Shown one piece after another: positions 22,311 to 35,365 of a DNA stretch of 37,580 nt; position 1 is the stretch's first letter, and each line of letters starts with the position of its first letter. Origin of the DNA: Moniliella sp. 'wahieum' (lineage: Eukaryota); NCBI GenBank assembly GCA_003971905.1, contig RSEE01000178.1, forward strand, positions 1 through 37,580. The letters are read 5' to 3'. The notes under the pieces were generated by a model that was not told the origin of the DNA, ran no database searches, and saw nothing but the letters and a program-made list of their open reading frames with translations. A program made the translations under genes and the position numbers.

Positions 22311-22964
22311 GGCTTAGCTCGCTTAGCGCTTCTCACATCTCACTATGCAATTGATTGTGCGTGTGAGCGCACAAGGACCCCCCCCTCGCTCTTTCACGTT
22401 TTATCACAGCGAAGGTGCTGTTCGTAGGAGACCCCTCATCAATGATGACAGTAGGCAGCGTACAGCGACGTTGGGCGGTTCCGGTTAAGTGTTCAGTGGT
22501 TCTTCGCAACTCCTCCTTTCAGCCCGGTTCGGTGCGGGACGGATGGAGTAAGCGTGGGGCCCACAATGGACATGACAATGGGGAGGAGCGACCAGGACTA
22601 AGATGTATAGGACGGGAAATGGGAGTGGGGATGCGGATGGGGGTGGGATAAAGGGCAAGGTAGGGGTAGGGGGTCCGGTGCCTCTACGACAAAGGGAGCA
22701 AGGATGTAGGCGGTGGAGTCGAGGGGCGGCCCGATAGGTGCGGTGAAGCGGCGGACCGCAGGGGCTGCTGTATTGCGCCGCGCAGCTGTCCCCTTTCGCT
22801 TGGTCACGTTTACCTCAGCTCTCCGGTATGGGATTGTGCATTCCATACGCCAACCTAGTCTCTGTCCATTTCAGGACGACAAGACGTGACGAGGTAGACG
22901 GGCCAAAGTACCGGCATGCTCCCATGCGTGAGGCTGGGGGGAGGGCAGGGAGCGCGAAACTGGG

Positions 22965-23741
22965 TCAAAGGGTGGTGTACGTGTACCGCATGGCGGTCAG
23001 GCTTCCCAGCTCACGCTCAGAACTGGCAATGGAGGACTCGGACCAGGCTGCGACGCTGGTAGTCAGCGTGCCAATGAGCCACCACAGCGCGCTGTCTGAC
23101 CTTCCGCCCAGCGCAGCCAAAGCCGGGGCCAGGAGCGAGGCAGTGGCGAGCGCCACGCCGTACAGCACGCGAGGGGAGAGCGATGCGAGAAAGGGTGCCT
23201 GGCCAGCGAGGCGGGTCAAGACGCTGCCCACTGCTTCGGGGGCGGTGCCAAACTCGTGGGGCGAGGGGCGCGGCGGAAGGAAGGACAGGGGGAGGGACAG
23301 CAAGCTAGCCAGCTCCCAGGCCATCGCACCTAGAATGCTGACTTGGAGCGATCCCAGGAAAAGGTAGCTCAGCAACGAGGGGCCTGGCTGGCTGCGGCGG
23401 CGATGGAAAAGGATGAGGTGGGCCTGGCGGGCATGCGTGCCAGCCATGTAGGACGGCAGCGGGGCGAGGTAGAGGAGGAAGTTGAGCAGGAGCAGGGCCA
23501 GACAGGCTCGGCGATACAGAGAGGCGGCCTGGATGCTCCTGGACCGCAGCTCGGCGATGATCCGGTCTTGGTCTGGCCCGGCGTAACGTCAGGTCAGAAG
23601 CAAGGCAGGCAGGAGGGGCAGGACACTCGACGTACCGCTCGAGTCGATGGGCAGGCCATCGTCGCCATCGTCTAGCAAGGCCAGGGGATCATCGTCGTCC
23701 TCGCGGCGGGCGTGGTTCGCGCGGAAGCGTAAGGCGGACAT
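22965..23741 (-). CDS. Fungal multi-pass membrane protein of unknown function; intron 23573-23635
   Basis: MSALRFRANHARREDDDD...IDSS|DQDRIIAELRS..., then about four hydrophobic segments, ending ERELGSLTAMRYTYTTL*. Removing the GTACGT...CTGAC...CAG intron restores the frame. Confidence 0.75.
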
Positions 23742-24088
23742 GGCCGGTGTGCAACAGCCTGTCTGGCAGCGCAGCGGCGGCTGGGCGCTGGCTGATGGTT
23801 GCTGGTTGATGGTTGGTCGGCGCAAGCGGCTGCCCCGAGGGCGGGGTATTTGCGGCGCGGCGATCGATGGGTCTCTACTGCTTTTCTTTACAGGGCAACC
23901 AGTCGGCGTCAGCAGCGCATGATTGCACCGATCCTGCCGCCTGGCAAAGGCGGACGCCGCAGTCTATGTTTTCAGCAGTTGCTTGCTACGATATACGAGG
24001 GCCGTGGGAGGATATGATGCCTCAGGCGCACACCAGAAGAGGAATCGGATTGGCTGGCGTGGCTTCCCTGCCAGCAGCGAGCTAGCAA

Positions 24089-26371
24089 CTACTTCTGCAG
24101 AGGCAACACCACCACAAGCGTTCCGTTGCGCACGTCCGTGGCCGGCAGACCCGGCGCTCGCGTCGCGTCCTTCTTGAGCCACCGGCCCAGGCGAGGCTCC
24201 TTGACCAGGCCCGATGAGCAGCGGCGCTTGCCGCTCCTGCTCGGTGCGCAGTGGCGATGGGTCGGACACATGCGACGCCTCCACCGACGGCGCGCCGTCG
24301 AGCGCCTCGTCATCCGCGCGAGGCAGATGCTTGTCCCCCAGCCCGCTCCGGCTCCACTGGCTCCGGTCAACCACGCCCCGACGAGCGTTGCGGCCTCAGT
24401 CCTGCCTTTGCCGGTAGCGGGAGGAGGCGTGTACAGGCGGAGCGCATTGACAAAGCCAGGAGCGTCGAGCGAATACAAGGGTCGGAACTCCTTCAACGGC
24501 GGTCGAGTTGCCACAGTCGCACCCGTCCGTCCCACGATCCAGACGCAAAGAGGTCACCAAATGGCAAGGTAGCCAAGGCGGTGATCCACCTGGCTTGGTA
24601 GACTGTCTGTTGCGATTCCGGCGAGCCGGAAGAGTCCTGGCTTACGACCGTGTCGTAGCCATGGGCCAGAGGAAAGGTGAAGACAGGTTTCTTTTCCCCG
24701 TGCTCCACAGGGCAATGGAACCACTGTCTCCACCCGAGAGGAAGTGGGAGCCATCAACCATGGCAATGCAGTCAACGCTTCCCTCGTAAAAGTCCCGCGG
24801 GCCCACTGGCGCCGAAGCAGCCTGGTTGGCTACAATAGATTGGGCGACAGAGTGGAGATCTTCACGTTCCTTGCCAGGGAGAATACCCTCTTCCGTCGTG
24901 TTCTCGGCCACGAGGAACTCGTCAGCCTCCAAGCCCGTCGCTTTCGATGGCCGAGCACTTTTCCCAAGCCCACCTGCACGGAAGACAAGTTGAGATTCGT
25001 TCCGCACTTTCCAGAACCGAGCCGTTCGGTCCCGGCCACCGGCAGACACTGCCGTCTCTTCCCGTAGCAAATCCAGATCCAGGACAGGATCCTGGTGCCC
25101 AAACAGAGTCTCAACATAGGACCCTTGGTCTACCGCCCAGAGTTTGACCGACCGGTCGTAGGAGGCACTAAAAGTTCGTAGGGAGAGCGAAGCGACGCAC
25201 GGAAGCAGAGCGCCGTAATGGTATCCTTGTGCCCGCCCAAGGACTTGACCCACTCCTCACTGTGGCCCAGTGGGGAAGCAGTCACGTCAACCGCAGGGAT
25301 TTTCCATACACCAATCCTTCGGTCCTTGCCACCGGAAACGAGAAACTTACCATCGGGCGAAATGGCGAGAGCCAGGAGCTGGTCAGTGTGACCCTCTCCT
25401 TCGCCCAATGGCGCCCACAGGAGCGAGTCGTGTTTCTCCTTCTCCTCTTGATCCTTGGACAGCGCAGCGGCAGCAGCAAGGGAGTGTTGCTTCTTGGCCA
25501 GCATTGCTCGCCTCCGTGCTGCGCCCGACCGCTTGCTCGGCCCCCCCTCCGCTCGAGCAGTGAGGTCAGCCGCCTTGCGCTGGACAGTAGCACGGTACGA
25601 ATCGGAAACCCGGGCGCGTTTGCCCAAAATACGGATCAAGTGGCCGTCACGCAAACGCCATTTGAAAATATGCCCCTCCTTGGAGCCAGTGTAGAGGTAC
25701 TGGCAATCGGGCGTGACTGCGACACAGGTGACGCTTTGCTGGTGCCCGCGCACGCCCCACGTGGTGCTGGACAAGTCCATCATTGGGCTCAGTACGTCCT
25801 TGCCCTCCGCGATCCTTCTCCAATTGCTCGGCAGAGACAGGGTGGGGCACCCGAAGGTACTGGGAGATGAAGAGGTGCATCCGGCTCGTCTGTTCCTCTA
25901 CATCCCGCTGTAAACGGGCCGAGATGTTTTGTCGGTCGATTTCAGCCGCATCTGCACCAGCCTCAAAGTCGGCTGGGAAGCACCAAGGAAATGAACAGTC
26001 AGTCAGCCATGCACCAGAGCAAAAAAAGAAAGGGAGGACACACCATTCGTCCTCTCCTCGTCGGCCTTGATGCCGTCGAGGTAGGCCTTTGCCAAGCGGA
26101 CACGGGCCTGGGCCGCGGTCTCCTCCTCGTCGTCGGAAGAGTCGTAGTTGTGGCGGAGGTCCATATCGGCCAACAGGGCCCTCGCCACCACCGAGGTCCG
26201 AGCCAGCATCCGACTCACTGCCGCCGTCCCGGCCAGAGCGGGGGGCGGTGCGGCGGCCCGAGCCGGAGGCAGAGCGTTTCTTTTTGGACGCCGAGTCGGA
26301 AGAGGCGCCGGGGGCTGAGGCAGGGGTGGATGGGCGCTTGCGCTTCTTTGGAAGAAGGTGTCGCTGGCCAT
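24089..26371 (-). CDS. RRP9: U3 snoRNP WD40 protein Rrp9/U3-55K; intron ~25973-26043
   Basis: ETAAQARVRLAKAYL, DAAEIDR, GHQQSVTCVAVT, GHTDQLLALAISPDGKFLVSGGKDRRIGVW, YVETLFGHQD, GGRDRTARFWKV..ESQLVFR, FLSGGDSGSIALW, EPRLGRW, RNGTLVV. Confidence 0.93.
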
Positions 26372-26549
26372 GGCGCGGGGCGGGGCGCTGGAGGGATGGG
26401 CTAAAGAAGGAGGGCGGTGGGTAGGGTCTGTGTTTCTGGTCTCTGCTGTGGTACGCCCGCCTTCATTCCGCTCTCTAATTTTTTTCGGCACCCGAGACAC
26501 GCGGAATTCCCGTTGCTGCAGCGCCCATCATCCATCGTGCATCACCCAT

Positions 26550-27600
26550 CATGCTCATACCTACGCAGGGTCGATGCCCTGCTGGTGGTACAGTTGTGTG
26601 GGTTGTATCCCCCTAGGCGCTCGGATCGTGGTTGTCTGCTGCACACGAACCGGTCTTCCTCACGGGCACACGCCCCGTCGGAGGGGGCGAATTTAGGATG
26701 CCACATGCCGCCACTCCTCCCAACGAACACCATCACCTTCACCTCTTCCGACCGCCCACCGCTCCGGCTTCCATCCCACATCCTACAACAGGTCTCTTTT
26801 CATCCGTGGTCACGGTGCATGGCCAATCTTTCACTCGCGCCTTCTTCCATGACTGTACGCCATTGTGTATTGGTGCTCTGTCGTTGGAACCGCAGGTGGT
26901 GCTATAGGATTGCGTCTTTCTTCCCCCTCCCAATGATCTGCCCCAGCGTCTTGAGCAGGAGAGCCAACTGGACCGATCCTCTGAGCCCCCCAACAGAGGA
27001 ATAAGTAATGCCTGAGGTCTGGCCATCATGGCAGCGCACTCAGTCATCTAATCTCCTAATTAGATAGAGGTGGGGGTGGGGCGATGAAATGTCTTGAACG
27101 CCAAAGAGGCAGAGGACCGGCTACAGCTGCACTCGCTCCCCTCTTCCTCCTTAGGCTGAGGGTGTGGGGCAATCAGGCCAGAGGACTTTTGCACTGTGTG
27201 AAGGTTGATGCGTCCTGATGTTCTAGAGTGTATCTTACAGGTGCTTGTTTGTCTTGCCTGTCCCTACTATAAAACCAATGTCCATGGAGACTCACAGCTC
27301 ACACGTTTTTGGATGCGAGCACAGCAGTGCCTTGTCCTTGTATACCGTGATGCACAGGTGTCATTGTCCCACCACTGGATGTGATGTTCATAGGAGTTAT
27401 AGCGTCCCCATTCCTTTATGTTGAGCAACATCGGACGCGTTCTGATCCTTCGCGCGCTGGCGTTGGGCAACAAGAGAATGCCCCAGGATGAGATGTGCAT
27501 TGACTGAGGGGTTGGACCAGGGCAAGTGGCGTGCGCCAGCACATATGAGAGGTGAAGAATGCAAAGCGGGGTGTATACACATACCCACATGGCAGACAAC
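26550..27600 (-). pseudogene. Possible further TLH/RecQ-like relic fragments between RRP9 and CMK1
   Basis: Residual VQLALLLKTL (motif III-like, ~26970) and VKVMVFV (motif IV-like, ~26735), ~78 codons apart. PMLLNIKEWGR...HIQWWDND (~27430-27360) resembles the N-terminal region of fungal TLH-like proteins as recalled. Composition is TG/CA-rich. Confidence 0.3.
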
Positions 27601-27869
27601 CTCTCTGTCTGCGGTGGTGGTGTGGTTCCATGGCGTCTGGCGTGGGTTATGGGCTGTTCTGGAGGGTGCTTGGCCGGAGCGGGATGTGCTGAAATGTTCC
27701 CGCGCCCCGTGCCATCCAGTGTAAAGAGGCGTGTGCTGGTGATGAGGTCAGCAGCGCCGCCCCAGCCGTGCGAGGGAGGCTGTCCGCAGCAACGCCAGTA
27801 AGCGAGCTAGCAAGCCCCGCCCTCCGACGCCGCCACCTGCCGCCCGCTGCCCCCTCCACCACCACCACC

Positions 27870-29009
27870 ATGGCCTCCGCTGCCGCCGCCCCCACCACGG
27901 TCCCTGCGCCTACCGCACCGGCCGTGTTCTGGGCCAGGGCACCTACGCTGTCGTCAAGGAGGCCCAGCGCATCTCGGACGGCAAGTTGCTCGCGTGCAAG
28001 GTCATCTCGAAGAAACTCATGGCCGGCCGGGAACATATGATCCGCCAAGAGATCCAAGCACTCAAGCGCGTCTCGCAGCACCACCGGCACATTGTCACGC
28101 TCGTCGACTACTTTGAGACGCTCAACAACCTCTACCTCGTCACCGACCTCTGCACGGGCGGCGAGCTGTTTGACCGGATTTGCGACGCGGCAACTACTAC
28201 GAAAAGGATGCGGCGCATCTGGTGCGTGTGGTGGCCGAAGCGGTCAAGTACCTCCATGACCAGGGCATTGTCCACCGCGACCTCAAGCCTGAGAACCTGC
28301 TGTTCCGTGATAAGTCCGAAGATGCCGACCTGCTCATTGCCGACTTTGGTCTGTCGCGCGTGGTGGACAGCAGCAAGATCACCCTCCTCTCCACCACGTG
28401 CGGTACGCCGGGCTACATGGCGCCCGAAATCTTTAAAAAGACGGGCCCATAGTTTCCCCGTTGACATGTGGGCGTTGGGTGTGATTACCTACTTTTTGCT
28501 CTGTGGCTACACGCCATTTGATCGCGACTCGTCCATTGCGAGATGGCGGCGATTGTGGCGGGTGATTATGCGTATGAACCGGCCGTGTACTGGGAAGGGG
28601 TGTCGGATATGCGCGCGACTTTATCGATCATCTTGGTTGTCGATCCGGCCAAACGCATGACGGCGGACGAAGCGTTGGTTCACCCTTGGCTCTTCAACGT
28701 CACGGCCGATGGGCCGCCGTCGAGCGGAGAGCCACAGGCGCGGCCGGTGTGCCCGAGAAGGACTTGTTGCCCGGAATGAAGACGGCGTTCAATGCCAAGC
28801 GGACGTTCCGCAAGGCGGTCAATGGCATTCGTCTTATGAACCGACTCAAGTCGGTCACCCAAGAACATCAGCGCCAGCTGGCCGAGGCCGAGGCCGATGC
28901 CGAGGCTCACGCCCAGGCTGGCGGACGAGATGAAATTGCTGCCATTCAACGTGAAATTCAAGCCAACGAGAGCGAAGAGACGCCCGAAAATGTGTTGGTA
29001 CCACAATAG
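27870..29009 (+). CDS. CMK1: Ca2+/calmodulin-dependent protein kinase (CAMK1 family)
   Basis: LGQGTYAVVKE, ACKVISKKLM, DYFETLNNLYLVTDLCTGGELFDRI, IVHRDLKPENLLF, IADFGLS, CGTPGYMAPE, VDMWALGVITYFLLCGYTPF, and a CaM-binding FNAKRTFRKAVNGIRLMNRL. Confidence 0.93.
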
Positions 29010-29573
29010 CCTCGCATTTGAGATGCATTCCACTGCTTCCTCCCTGTCTCGGCAAACGCGTGCAGGCGGGAGCTCTTGCCGTGAAAGTTTGTCCTCACTT
29101 CCATTTTCTCTTCCACTCTCCCTCCCTTCCCATTCCTTCTCGGTTCGCTCGGGGAGCTGGGATACCCGAGGGGGGAGTCCACTTCTACCCCCCGTTCTGC
29201 GCTCCACGCTATACCTGCGCCATTCTCCTCTGCTTACCTTACCTACCATCCCCCTTTTCCTCCTTGCTTAAATTAGGGAGATGCCCCCCCCTGCCCTCCG
29301 TTGACCGTTGACCCTTTTTCTCAATCCCTCGCGCCCATTATGTCATTGCCCTCTACGTTCGTATTGAGATGGTTAACACTTCCTTCTTCCCTGCCCGAGC
29401 CCTTCGAGCCTGCGGGACCAAGGAACCACGTAGAAAGCTCGTCCGACCAGACCGCCGGAATCCATGAGGAAAACAAGGGCAGCATCAAAACAAAGACCAA
29501 AGTGTTCAGGGAGGCAAGAAAGAAAGACAGAGAAGAAAACCAAGCCAAACGTGTCCCAGGCAGCGGGGGGAAA

Positions 29574-32102
29574 TCAACAAGTGTGGAATGACGGTGGCGG
29601 ACCATGGTGGGACGGTGGCGGAGCTATGTTCGTCCTGCCGGCGCATCGAGCCAGTGCCATTGAAAAACGCCGTGGCGGGCATGGTAAAGTCGGCGTAGCT
29701 GCCTTGGGACACGTAGGCCAAGCGGAGGAAATGGGGTTCGGTGGCCAAGGCGCTGGCGGTGGTGGCGGCGGGCGGGTGGTGGCGTTGCGTGCGCCAGTCG
29801 AGCTCGAGAGCGCGGGGGCGAAGGCGGTGGTATTGGCATCGAAGCGGTCGTAGAGCGTGCCAAGGTCAAAGGAAAGGTCGGTGCCTTGGTACCGTAGCAC
29901 ATCGTCCACCAGCAAGGCTACACTATCGTACGTATTGGACAGCGCGGGTGGGACGGCGTTCCAGTGAACCAAGCCCGTTGCGTTGGGCAGCGCCGTGACG
30001 CCGGTCCAGGAGGCGGTGGTGGTAGCAAACGAGGGCAAGGCGGAGCCGGATGGACCGTCGCCACGCACCACGGCGGTATCTTGGATCAGGCCATCGAACC
30101 CCCAGCGACCAATGCCGTTGAGGTACATGCCCAGCAACAGGGCGGCGGCCATGAGGCTGATTCGGGTCGGGAAGCCAACCCGGAGGAGGGCGAGGCAAGA
30201 ATGTAATGGTGCACCCGTACCGTTTCCCCCGGAATGGCCGCGAGCAAGCCGACGATCCCCGCCTACGACATACAGCGCCAAGTATTTCGGCAGATAGCCT
30301 TGCCGCCGAATGACAAAGATGACCTGGTTGATGGCCAGGACGACGACGACGACAATGATCACCACGAGGCTGGAATCGCGCCTGGCTGGGAAGACAGGTC
30401 GGACCGACAAGACGGTTGAGGGGACATTGGCAAACACCACGTCGAGCAAGGTGCCGATCCAGTACCAGGCGAGCCAGAGCACGCTTCCTTCGATCGGGAC
30501 ATGCCGGAAGGGCAGGACAAAGCGAATGCTCACTTTCCAAATCACATACGCGCCAAACAGGCAGGGCAAAAAGTCGCCAAACGCCTCGCCAATCGGGGGG
30601 GCAAGTCGCGCGGTTCGGAAAAGAGGTTGATGTGCCAAAAGCCGAGCACGATCAGGATCCAATACAACACAATCGTCTTGGGCCGCAGCACGAACGTGGT
30701 CCATGCAGACAAGACCACATCCAACACGTACCCTTTCCACCGCTCGTCCTTGCACTGTCCGCCGCCCGAACCGATCGGGCGAAACGGTAGGCAAGAGGAA
30801 AGGTCGAGTTGAACGAGAGGGAGCGAGCACCGTTGCGCTCGGTGCCCACAAAGTCCGAGTAGGTCCCAATCAGTTGCAGTACCCCACAGCCACCAGTATC
30901 GTCCGAGAACAAGCCGGCCTGAACTGCCGATTGGCATACCCACGAATCGGCCCGATACGTCTTGTGCTCGTCGCCACCGCCAACGAGAAGAGGAACCCAG
31001 TTCACCACCTCATCGCCCACCGCACGTGGTGCCCCGAGCGTGGTCCCGAGACAGGATTTGGGACAGCGGAACGCATTGCCAGTGAGGAGGAAAAGGGGCC
31101 ACACCCGGACCCGTCCAAGCCGCAATTCGCATTGAGCGACCAGTACGAGGCGGTGCACGAGTAGTACGAAACGGGCGTTGTGCCCGTGAGGGGGGTATCC
31201 GATGACGACGACGAAGACGACGAGGAGGACAAGAGCGAAGCAGGCACCGTGGCCGAGGAGCGGTACCACAAGTCGCGCGCTACCACGGCAAACCCAAAGA
31301 TCCACCCAATGCACGTCGCTACCAACACGGCCCAATGGACCCAGTTCAAGCGCAGGTCCCGCACCACTCCCTCCCGCCAAGCCGAGGGGAGCTGGCCTTG
31401 GGTATCGCGCTCCACCTCCTCCTCCTGCTCTTCCTGCTCAGGCGCAGCGGTGCCGCCAGCGTGGCTGGGGGCAAGGTGGCGCGGTAGCGCAGCCCCTCGA
31501 CGTGAGATGGATCATAGCGGTTCTTGATCTCGGCCTCGACTTCGGGGTCAGTCGACAGCGCAGTCGATCCCGCGTACGGCGGGGCGGAGGTGCGGGGCCG
31601 GGAAGGGAGCGGGGCAAGCCCGGGTCCTTCCATGCCACCAGATGGGTCCACTGTAGCCATCTTGTTCCACGGGCGCCCAGGGCCACCAGGGATAATGCTT
31701 GATGTGCATCGGGGGGGGGCGAGGGTCCCTGGATCCAGTGCAGGGCGAAGCGCCAGGTACCCAGACGCGGTGCTGGGCGCGCGCCTGGGCCCAGGTCTGG
31801 GCTTGGACGTACTTCCACTCGCGCCAGCGCTGCTGGACGCTGATGCCGCGCGTCCAGTCGGGTACCGTCGGGGGCGCGCAGGGTCGGGGTGGAGGTTTGG
31901 GTGGGCTTGTCGCTCGCGCCGGCCTCGGAGCCGGTGAGCATGCGGTCGTCGAGTTCGCCACTGGGGGTGTAGGCCAGGCCGAGGGCGCCAGCCCGGGCAT
32001 CTTGCTCTCTGACGGCGCTAGACTAGGGCGGGTGTCCTGGGCACGCAGGCTGGCCGCACGCCCGCGATCCATCTCAATCTCGTCTCGGGATCGGCGGGCA
32101 TG
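29574..32102 (-). CDS. Fungal LCCL-domain multi-pass membrane protein; ends approximate
   Basis: CTASYWSLNANCGLDGSGCGPF, FRCPKSC, PLLVGGGDEHKTYRADSWVCQSAVQAGLFSDDTGGCG, SLSFNSTFP, TM segments, NGIGRWGFDGLIQ, VALLVDDVLRY, FLRLAY...DFT. Confidence 0.85.
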
Positions 32103-32652
32103 GCGGTGGAGCCGGAGCGGTGGAGCGGCTGATGGGCGGGCAGGCAAGAATGCGCAGCTGCGCTGAGCTGCCGCGGCGCTGCGATCGGCGACGCCTCCCT
32201 TGGTCGCTCCGCCGCCGCACCACATGGGGGGCAAATGTTCAGGCGGACGATGATCATGCGATCATCAAATCAGATGGCGTCCCTCGCCCGTCTCAGCCAT
32301 CGAATCCATCCTCCATTCGGTGACAGGAACACAAGCACCCAGCTACGAGCAGCTGTCTCCGACCTCCTACGATATACGACGGGCCATGCTGCCCATCCAC
32401 CCTACGAGCAGCCGCTGCACCGCTAGCTACATCTCTGTCCCTTGCGGAGGAATGTGGAACATGTTGATCGACATGTTGACATGGGGGCCCAGTCCCCCTC
32501 GCCTTCATAAGAGCCAAGTATGTATCGAGAAAAAGAGGGAGCGAGGCGGCTAAGAAGGACTAAATAGTGCCGACAAGTGAGTTCAGTGCTTGTTTTTGCA
32601 AACCAGCATGGCCCAGGTCGGACGCACGCCCCCTCCCCCCGGCTCCGCACAG

Positions 32653-33944
32653 TTAGGCATAGGAGTGCGTCTCGCTCGCTCGCGGCCACGCAGCTTGGGG
32701 GGCTCCGAGCCGGGACGTAGATGTCGGTCCAGAGCTTAGACTGGGGCGGTTCGGGCGACTTCTTGGCCTGCTCTACTGCCTCGTCGACGGTCGCCTTGGC
32801 CTGCTTGTCAATCGCCTTGATCTCATCCTCCGACTTGATGCCCCACTCGAGCAACTTGGACTTGAGCCCTGGATCGGGTCGGCCGACGTGCGCATCCGCT
32901 GGATTTCTTCACGGGTACGGTAGGTCGTGCCCGGGTCCGAGAGCGAGTGGCCACCGTAGCGGTAGGTGGTGAATTCCATCACGAGCGGGCCCTTGCCCGA
33001 GGTGGTGTACTCGCGGGCCCACTGGGTCGCCTGGCGCACCGCCAGCACATCCATCGCGTTCACCTGCAGACCAGGGATCACGTCACCACGCTCGTAGAAC
33101 TTGGTGTTCATCGACGAACGTTCGGCCGAGGTGCCCATGCCGTACTTGTTGTTCTCGCACACAAACACGCACGGCAGCTGCCACAGCTGGGCCATGTTGA
33201 ACGCCTCAAACACCTGGCCCTGGTTCGACGCACCGTCACCATAGAGGGCAAACGTAGCGTCGAGGTGCCGAGGTACTTTTGGGTAAACGCCAGCCGGCGC
33301 CGACGGGCACTTGGGCCCCGACAATACCGTTGCCGCCAAAGAAGGTCTTGGTGAACATGTGCATCGAGCCACCCTTGCCCTGGCTGATACCGCCGTCGCG
33401 ACCAAAGAGCTCAGCCATGACCTTGTAAATCGACCCGCCACGCAGCACGGCAAAGGGGTGGCAGCGGTACGAGGTGATGAGCAAGTCCTCGGGGGTCATG
33501 GCAAAGTGCATGCCGGTCGCGACGGCCTCCTGGCCAATGGCCAAGTGGCAAAAGCCGCGAATGAACTTTTGCTTGTACAGCGCATCGGCCGCCATCTCCA
33601 TGCGGCGCATCTGGACCATCGTGTCGTACATGTTGACCAGCTCCTCCTTGGTCGTGGGGAGGGTGAGGCCAGGGCCGCCGCCGTGGCGTCAAGCTTCCAC
33701 TCATGGAAGCTCTGGTCAGAGAGCTGGACTCGAACGGTTCCTGGTGGTGCTCGGGGACGGGGGCGTTGACGGTTGCCGAGTCGGCGGCCAGGTGGATGGC
33801 GCGGGCGGCGACGGGGAGGGGGGGCGGGCGGAGCGCCTGGAGCGGGGAGGAGGGGGTGAGGGTAGCGGCGGCAGGGAGCGAGGAGGGAGAGAGACGCACC
33901 GGGGCGCGGAGGGCAGGGCGGACGAGGGAGCGGACGAAGGACAT
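32653..33944 (-). CDS. PDA1: Pyruvate dehydrogenase E1 alpha subunit, mitochondrial
   Basis: Presequence [114 protein letters not shown]. Confidence 0.97.
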
Positions 33945-35365
33945 GGTGCTCAGTCGCCGGCGCAGCTGGTGGAGAGGCAGGAAGAGAAGGAGGCGCGCAG
34001 GAGCGATCGGCGGGCTGCTTCGCCTGGGGAGGGAGGCTAGGGGGGGATGCTTTGCTGTGCTGCGGGGGCTGCCTGACGCTGAGGCCAGCAGGCCCACGCA
34101 GTACCCCCCAGTACGAAGCCAGGGCAGAGCCAGCGCACAGCAGCCGGCACTTGCCGACACTGCCCCCGCGCGGCGGGTGGCACGGACCCAGACCGGCACG
34201 CCAGTCACCAGCGCGTCCCCCGGCCGGCACGGGCAGGCGGCTGCCCCAGCCAAACTTTGGGCGCGCAGGCACGGCGCCACTGGCGGCCGCTTGCGTTCGT
34301 TTTTTGGCCAGCGCATCGGCGGCAGCAGCACGCGCACGGCACGGCGCCAGTGCGGCGCACACCGCGTCTCACTCCGCCCACCACTGCCCCCTGCCGCCGG
34401 CCGCCGCCGCCCCACAGCGCAGCGCCAGGGTTAGTTAGGCTGGGTTAGCCGCACGCTGGGCTCGTGTCTGTCTTTCTTAACACCGCGCTGCCTCTTCTCC
34501 GCTGGGATCCATCTGCCATCTGGCACGCCCCGCCAGCGCACCAGACAGTGCCCGTCGCGTGCCCTCGCCCTCCACCCGCTGCCGCGCGTCTCTTGGCAGC
34601 ATGTCATAGGCCGTCACAGCGCCATAACCGCGGCATCATAACCGCGCACTCCATCCCCTTCGGCACGTTGTTGCACCTGCTCCTTCGTCATCGTCATCCG
34701 CCTCCACCGTCACATCCGTCCTTCTGCTTCCCTTCCGCCCCACACCATACGAACCTCGCCCCGCCACCACCGCTGTCCGTGGGATCTATACCATACCCCA
34801 ACGCCATCAATGCCCGTTTCCACAGTATGCAGACAGGCGTCCCCCCGCGCGCTTCCCTGGTAGCACCCTTCTCGGCCTTCAGCGTGGAGACCAGAACTTG
34901 ACGAGCCCGTTCTGACCCCGGTATACGCGCTTGAGACGGCAGATATCAGACTATGCGTCGTGACGCGGACACGGGGCCAATCGTGCCGTCGTCGCTGTCG
35001 CAGTGGAACGACTGGGGTCAGCCCGGGGAAGGTCGGGAGGGGGAGGGGGAAAGGACGGAGGGGCGAGAGCAAAAGTGTGTGGCCACGGTGGCCAAAATTA
35101 AACGAGGCCAAGAAGCCCACACAGGCCAAAGTGCGGTCGGCACCAAGGGCGGGGCTGAGGCCACCAGGGAAGGAGTGCGCTTACGTCAGGTGCCAAGCGG
35201 CGCCACAAGCGCAGATTGCCACGAAGCAGACACCGCCAACGCAGCAACCTCAACGCGTGCGTGGCCGACGCAGCTCGCTGTCTTCCCCTCTGGCGCCCTC
35301 TGGATCTGACGCCCGTTGACCACGCTGAGCCACCCCTCGGACGGCCTGGGAGTGTGGAGCGTGGG

